The notes under the pieces were generated by a model that was not told where the DNA came from, made no database searches, and saw nothing but the letters and a program-made list of their open reading frames with translations. Positions 58,410-64,000 of a stretch of 64,000 bases of DNA are shown piece by piece. The DNA comes from Giesbergeria sp. (GTDB lineage Bacteria > Pseudomonadota > Gammaproteobacteria > Burkholderiales > Burkholderiaceae_C), in NCBI RefSeq assembly GCF_028686475.1, contig NZ_JAQUCA010000006.1, positions 69,648 to 133,647 on the forward strand, given 5' to 3'. Every line of letters begins with the position of its first letter. Within the stretch, counting starts at the first letter, position 1. The translations under genes were made by a program, and so were the position numbers.

Positions 58410-61400
58410 TTACTTGGCGGCTACTGCGGCGGCTGGAGCAGCGGGTGCGCTGGCGGCGGGTGCTTGCTGGGCGCTACGGGCATAAATTTCGCCCAAAGCG
58501 CGTTGGTACTCGGTGGGGAACACCTTGACAAACTTGGCACGCGCAGCCGCCCAGTGATCCAGCAGATCGCGAGCGCGTTGCGAGCCTGTCCAGCGGCTGT
58601 GCGCCTCGACCAAGCTACGCAGCAATTGGTCATCGCTTTGGCCCTTGTGCCAGATGCCGGGGCTGACGCTGGCGACAAACTCTTCGTGCGGCAGCACTTT
58701 GTCTAGCTTGACCGAGGCTTTGTTGCAGCGCTGGGCAAATTGGCCGTCTTCGTCATAAACGTAGGCGATACCACCGCTCATACCAGCAGCAAAGTTGCGC
58801 CCGGTTTTGCCCAACACCACCACCGTGCCGCCGGTCATGTATTCGCAGCCGTGGTCGCCCACACCTTCGACGACTGCCGTAGCACCCGACAGACGCACGG
58901 CAAAACGCTCACCGGCCACGCCGCTGAAGAAGGCTTCGCCCGTGGTAGCACCAAACATCACGGTATTACCGACGATGGTGTTACGCACGGCTTCGCCCCG
59001 GAACTCGTGGCTGGGGCGTACCACCACCCTGCCACCCGACAAGCCTTTGCCGGTGTAATCGTTGGCTTCGCCGGTCAGGTTCAGGGTAATGCCCTTGCAC
59101 AGGAAGGCCGCGAAGGACTGGCCGCCGGTCCCTTCAAAGTGGATGCGGATGGTGTCATCGGGTAAGCCTTCGGGGTGTGCCTTGGTGACAGCACCGGACA
59201 ACATGGCCCCCACAGAGCGGTTGACGTTGCGCGCCACTTCCATGATACGCACTGGCTCGCCTTGCTCAATCGCGGGCTTGCAGCGCTCAATCAGCTTCAC
59301 GTCCAAGGCTTTTTCTAGCAAATGGTCTTGCTTGGTAGTGTGGTAGCGTGGCACATCAGCGGGCACGCTGGGGGCAACAAACAGGCGCGAGAAGTCCAAG
59401 CCCTGCGCCTTCCAATGCTCGATGCCTTTGCGCGTGTCGAGTAAGTCCACGCGGCCAATCAGGTCATCAAACTTGCGGATACCCAGTTGGGCCATGAGCT
59501 GGCGCACTTCTTCGGCAATAAAGAAGAAGTAATTGACCACATGCTCAGGCTTGCCGGTAAACTTTTTACGCAGCACGGGGTCTTGCGTCGCCACACCCAC
59601 CGGGCAGGTGTTCAGGTGGCATTTACGCATCATGATGCAGCCTTCTACCACCAGCGGAGCCGTAGCGAAGCCAAATTCATCTGCACCCAGCAAGGCACCA
59701 ATCACCACGTCGCGGCCAGTCTTCATTTGGCCGTCGGCTTGCACACGGATGCGGCTACGCAGGCGGTTCAGCACCAAGGTTTGTTGGGTTTCGGCCAGAC
59801 CGATTTCCCACGGGCCACCGGCGTGCTTGATGGACGACCAGGGCGAAGCACCCGTGCCACCGTCGTGACCAGCAATCACTACATGGTCGCTCTTGCACTT
59901 GGCTACACCCGCGGCCACCGTGCCCACGCCCACTTCAGATACCAACTTGACCGAGATGTCGGCGTGCGGAGCCACGTTTTTCAAGTCGTGAATCAGCTGG
60001 GCCAAATCTTCAATCGAGTAGATGTCGTGGTGCGGTGGCGGCGAAATCAAACCGACGCCGGGCACCGAATGGCGCAAGAAACCAATGTAATCCGACACCT
60101 TACCGCCGGGCAACTGGCCGCCTTCGCCGGGCTTGGCCCCTTGGGCCATTTTGATTTGCACTTGGTCGGACGAGGACAGGTACTCTGCCGTCACACCAAA
60201 ACGCCCCGAAGCCACCTGCTTGATTTTGGAGCGCAGGCTGTCACCGGCTTGCAGTTGAATGTCGGACTCTACCTTGTCAGCCCCAATGATGGAGGCCAAA
60301 GTTTCGCCTTGCTGAATCGGGATGCCTTTGAGTTCGTTGCGGTAACGTTTTGGGTCTTCGCCGCCTTCGCCGGTGTTGCTCTTGGCACCAATGCGGTTCA
60401 TGGCCACAGCCAAAGTAGCGTGGGCTTCGGTAGAAATCGAACCCAAGGACATGGCCCCGGTGGCAAAGCGCTTGACGATTTCAGTGGCCGGTTCCACTTC
60501 TTCCACTGGAATGGCTTTGGTGGGGTCAAACTTGAACTCAAACAGACCACGCAGCGTCATGTGGCGCTTGGTTTGGTCGTTGATGATTTGGGCGTATTCT
60601 TTGTAGGTGCTGAAGTTGCCCGAGCGGGTGGAGTGCTGCAATTTGGCAATCGCATCGGGGGTCCACATGTGTTCTTCACCACGGGCGCGCCAAGCGTATT
60701 CGCCGCCCGCATCCAGCATAGTGGCCAGCACCGGGTCATTGCCAAAGGCAGCGCGGTGGGTGCGAATGGCTTCTTCGGCAATTTCAAAGATGCCAATGCC
60801 CTCAACACGGCTGGCGGTGCCAGTGAAGTATTTGTCCACCGTCTCGCTGTTCACGCCCACGGCCTCGAACAACTGTGCGCCACAGTAGCTCATGTAGGTG
60901 GACACGCCCATTTTGGACATGATTTTGGACAAGCCTTTGCCAATCGCCTTGACATAGTTGTAAATGGCCTTGTCTGCCGACAAATCGCCGCCCAACGCTT
61001 TGTGCATCTCAGCCAGCGTTTCCATCGCCAAATAGGGATGGACGGCTTCGGCACCATAACCTGCCAGCACGGCAAAGTGATGCACTTCGCGCGCGGTGCC
61101 GGTTTCTACCACCAAGCCAGCGCTGGTACGCAGGCCAGCACGCACCAAATGTTGGTGGATGGCCGACAGCGCCAGCAAGGCCGGAATCGCCACTTGGGTG
61201 GCCGACAACTTGCGGTCGCTGATGATGAGGATGTTGGCACCGCCCTTGATTTCGTCCACCGCTTGGGCGCACAGCGAGGCCAACTTGGCCTCTACGCCTT
61301 GCTTGCCCCAGTCCAGCGGGTAAGTGATGTCGATGGTGGCGCTCTTGAACTTGCCGTGCGTGTATTGCTCGATGTCGCGCAGCTTGGCCATGCCCGCAAA

Positions 61401-63137
61401 GTCCAGCACCGGCTGGCTCACTTCCAAGCGCATGGGCGGATTGACTTGGTTGATGTCCAGCAGGTTGGGCTTGGGGCCAATGAAGCTGTTGAGCGACATG
61501 ACGATGGCCTCGCGGATGGGGTCAATCGGCGGGTTCGTCACTTGCGCGAACATCTGGCGGAAGTAGTTGTAGAGTGGCTTGTTTTTGTCTGACAACACCG
61601 CCAGCGGGCTATCGTTGCCCATTGAGCCAGTGGCTTCTTCGCCATTCTGGGCCATCGGGGCCAGCAAAAATTTGATGTCTTCTTGGGTAAAGCCGAACGC
61701 TTGTTGGCGCTCTAGCAGTGCCAAATCCGAAGCAGCGGACGGCACGTCTGCTGGGGCAGGCAAGGTATCGAGCTTGATACGCAGGTTTTCAATCCACTGC
61801 TTGTAGGGCTTGGTGTTGACGATGTTGGCTTTAAGCTCCTCGTCTTCAATCAAGCGGCCTTGCTCTAAATCAATCAGCAACATTTTGCCGGGTTGCAAGC
61901 GCCATTTACGCACGATTTTGCCATCAGGCACCGGCAATACACCGGCTTCAGAACCCAAAATCACCAAATCATCGTCGGTGATGCAAAAACGCGAAGGGCG
62001 CAGGCCATTGCGGTCTAGCGTGGCACCAATTTGGCGGCCATCGGTAAAGACGATAGAAGCTGGGCCGTCCCACGGCTCCATCATGGCGGCATGGTATTCG
62101 TAGAAGGCGCGGCGGCGCTCGTCCATGCACTCGTGCTGTTCCCAGGGCTCGGGAATCATCATCATCACCGCTTGGCTGATAGGGTAACCGGCCATCGTCA
62201 GCAGCTCTAGGCAGTTGTCAAAGGTGGCGGTGTCGGACTGGCCAGCAAAGCTGATGGGGTAGAGTTTTTGCAGGTCTTGCGCCAGCACCGGCGAGGCCAT
62301 GACACCTTCACGCGCCAACATCCAGTTGTAGTTGCCGCGCACGGTGTTGATTTCACCGTTGTGTGCCACATAACGGTAGGGGTGGGCCAGCGGCCACTCG
62401 GGGAAGGTGTTGGTAGAAAAGCGCTGATGCACCAAACCGATGGCCGAGACGCAACGCTCATCGGCCAAATCTTTGTAATACACCCCCACTTGGTCGGCCA
62501 GCAACAGGCCCTTATAGACCACGGTGCGGCTGCTCATGCTGGGCACGTAATATTCTTTGCTGTGCTGCAATTGCAGCGCTTGGATGGCAGCGCTGGCGGT
62601 TTTGCGAATCACGTAGAGTTTGCGCTCTAGGGCATCTTGCACGATGACATCGTTACCGCGCCCAATAAAGACTTGGCGCAACAGCGGCTCTTTGTCGCGC
62701 ACCGTGGGCGACATCGGCATATCGCGGTTGACGGGCACATCGCGCCAGCCCAACAACACTTGGCCTTCGGCCTTGATGGCGCGTTCCATCTCTTGCTCGC
62801 AGGCCAAACGGCTGGCGTGTTCTTTGGGCAAGAAAATCATGCCGACACCGTATTCACCCGCTGGCGGCAAGGTTACGCCTTGCTTGGCCATTTCTTCGCG
62901 GTAAAGCTGGTCTGGAATTTGAATCAGGATACCCGCGCCATCGCCCATCAGCGGGTCGGCACCTACGGCACCCCGGTGGTCAATGTTTTCCAAGATTTTG
63001 AGGGCTTGGGTCACGATGTCGTGGCGCTTGATGCCCTTGATGTGGGCCACAAAGCCCAGGCCGCAGGCATCGTGCTCTTGGGCCGATGAATACAAACCGT
63101 GTTGTTGCAGATGCTGGATTTCGGCAGCCGTGGTCAT
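58410..63137 (-). CDS. gltB: Glutamate synthase large subunit
   Basis: HDA-CG propeptide cleavage site, [40 protein letters not shown]. Confidence 0.98.
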   Translation of the reverse strand: MTTAAEIQHLQQHGLYSSAQEHDACGLGFVAHIKGIKRHDIVTQALKILENIDHRGAVGADPLMGDGAGILIQIPDQLYREEMAKQGVTLPPAGEYGVGMIFLPKEHASRLACEQEMERAIKAEGQVLLGWRDVPVNRDMPMSPTVRDKEPLLRQVFIGRGNDVIVQDALERKLYVIRKTASAAIQALQLQHSKEYYVPSMSSRTVVYKGLLLADQVGVYYKDLADERCVSAIGLVHQRFSTNTFPEWPLAHPYRYVAHNGEINTVRGNYNWMLAREGVMASPVLAQDLQKLYPISFAGQSDTATFDNCLELLTMAGYPISQAVMMMIPEPWEQHECMDERRRAFYEYHAAMMEPWDGPASIVFTDGRQIGATLDRNGLRPSRFCITDDDLVILGSEAGVLPVPDGKIVRKWRLQPGKMLLIDLEQGRLIEDEELKANIVNTKPYKQWIENLRIKLDTLPAPADVPSAASDLALLERQQAFGFTQEDIKFLLAPMAQNGEEATGSMGNDSPLAVLSDKNKPLYNYFRQMFAQVTNPPIDPIREAIVMSLNSFIGPKPNLLDINQVNPPMRLEVSQPVLDFAGMAKLRDIEQYTHGKFKSATIDITYPLDWGKQGVEAKLASLCAQAVDEIKGGANILIISDRKLSATQVAIPALLALSAIHQHLVRAGLRTSAGLVVETGTAREVHHFAVLAGYGAEAVHPYLAMETLAEMHKALGGDLSADKAIYNYVKAIGKGLSKIMSKMGVSTYMSYCGAQLFEAVGVNSETVDKYFTGTASRVEGIGIFEIAEEAIRTHRAAFGNDPVLATMLDAGGEYAWRARGEEHMWTPDAIAKLQHSTRSGNFSTYKEYAQIINDQTKRHMTLRGLFEFKFDPTKAIPVEEVEPATEIVKRFATGAMSLGSISTEAHATLAVAMNRIGAKSNTGEGGEDPKRYRNELKGIPIQQGETLASIIGADKVESDIQLQAGDSLRSKIKQVASGRFGVTAEYLSSSDQVQIKMAQGAKPGEGGQLPGGKVSDYIGFLRHSVPGVGLISPPPHHDIYSIEDLAQLIHDLKNVAPHADISVKLVSEVGVGTVAAGVAKCKSDHVVIAGHDGGTGASPWSSIKHAGGPWEIGLAETQQTLVLNRLRSRIRVQADGQMKTGRDVVIGALLGADEFGFATAPLVVEGCIMMRKCHLNTCPVGVATQDPVLRKKFTGKPEHVVNYFFFIAEEVRQLMAQLGIRKFDDLIGRVDLLDTRKGIEHWKAQGLDFSRLFVAPSVPADVPRYHTTKQDHLLEKALDVKLIERCKPAIEQGEPVRIMEVARNVNRSVGAMLSGAVTKAHPEGLPDDTIRIHFEGTGGQSFAAFLCKGITLNLTGEANDYTGKGLSGGRVVVRPSHEFRGEAVRNTIVGNTVMFGATTGEAFFSGVAGERFAVRLSGATAVVEGVGDHGCEYMTGGTVVVLGKTGRNFAAGMSGGIAYVYDEDGQFAQRCNKASVKLDKVLPHEEFVASVSPGIWHKGQSDDQLLRSLVEAHSRWTGSQRARDLLDHWAAARAKFVKVFPTEYQRALGEIYARSAQQAPAASAPAAPAAAVAAK

Positions 63138-63207
63138 GGGCGCATTCCTCGTTATTTTTGCAGGGATGTATAGATTAGTGCAATGCAGCAAAATCATGCA
63201 AGCACTT

Positions 63208-63230
63208 TAATTGGGGTCAGATTCCAATTA
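63208..63230. repeat. GGGGTCAG-containing hairpin next to the Y1 transposase gene
   Basis: TAATTGG-GGTCAGATT-CCAATTA inverted repeat; related TTGGGGACAC at about 63259-63268 in an AT-rich tract. Confidence 0.5.
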
Positions 63231-63300
63231 TTTACAAAAAACAACAGCTTTTATTTATTTGGGGACACATCAAAAAGCATAGCAACAACACTTTATTTCT

Positions 63301-64000
63301 CTAGGTTGCAGGCGTGATAACCTCCCCTGCTGCTACGCTGGCCACTGGCACGCGCCGAGGCCGTCCCGGCTTGGCTTTGGTGATACGCCGTTGCGATTTT
63401 TTTTGCAATTGCGCTACAAAATCTGCGCCCCCCAAGGCCCAACCCTTGAGTGCAGCATCGGTCAGGGCAGCCTGCGTATCGGCATCCAAGCCCGCCTGCA
63501 CCACATCACGGTAGGCCGCTTCGCGCGCAAACGGGGTGTTGCCCAGCAACCAATACAAGGCGTGCGCCGTGACCAACTTATCTTGGCGCAGCCCTGTGTA
63601 ATGGTTGTGACTAGACCAAGGCCAATCGGACACCTGCGCCACCCTGCCCGCACGCACTGGGTTCAAATCTATATAGGCCATGCAGGCAAGCAAATAGCGT
63701 TCCGACTCTATCAGTGTGCTACGGTAACGCCCCTCCCAAAGGGTGCCAGTGCGGTTGTGGCGCTGATTGAAGTAGCGCACATAACTGCGCCCCACCGCTT
63801 GCATCATTTTGGGCAGGGCTTCGGCCGTGGTGGGCGTGGCCAGCAGGTGGAAATGGTTATCCATCAGCACATAGGCGTGCAAAGCCACGCCCCATTGCCG
63901 CGCTTGTTCGGCCAGCAAGGCCAACATGCGCTCAAAATCTTGCGGGTCGATAAAAATCGGTTGGCGGTTGTTGCCGCGCTGGATCAGGTGGTGCGGATAA
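63301..64000 (-). mobile_element. Y1 (HUH) RAYT-like transposase, 5' end outside the window
   Basis: Frame open to the window edge (YPHHLIQRGNNRQPIF...), HUH motif LMDNHFHLL, LWEGRY, catalytic YIDLNPVRAG, WPWSS. Confidence 0.88.

Noticed and set aside
59487-61592. 701-aa plus-strand ORF
   Set aside because: Fully antisense to gltB; a shadow of biased codon use with no recognisable motifs.

Overview
About 60% GC betaproteobacterial chromosome segment; gene content and order resemble Comamonadaceae (inference). It is mostly housekeeping: yaaA, rne/rluC, queED, pabB-pabC fusion, tRNA-Arg(CCG), ubiE-ubiJ-ubiB, aspS, clsB, folE, bfr, ahpCF with an OxyR box, mlaFEDACB and gltBD. Accessory blocks are interspersed: mrr plus a CsgG-like lipoprotein after aspS; a folE-BLUF-peptide-LysE run; a NarL-type two-component pair facing a lone adhesin-repeat-like gene; vapBC plus an E-to-M/D type II secretion cluster with no gspC; tandem DUF1311 genes; a divergent module of Cache protein + chemoreceptor / outer-membrane barrel + small binding protein; and a Y1/RAYT-like HUH transposase at the right edge. 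The best candidate for an undescribed system is the 52.6-56.8 kb barrel/PBP/Cache/MCP module. No CRISPR array, rRNA or prophage was seen. All calls come from motif recognition by eye; no searches were run.
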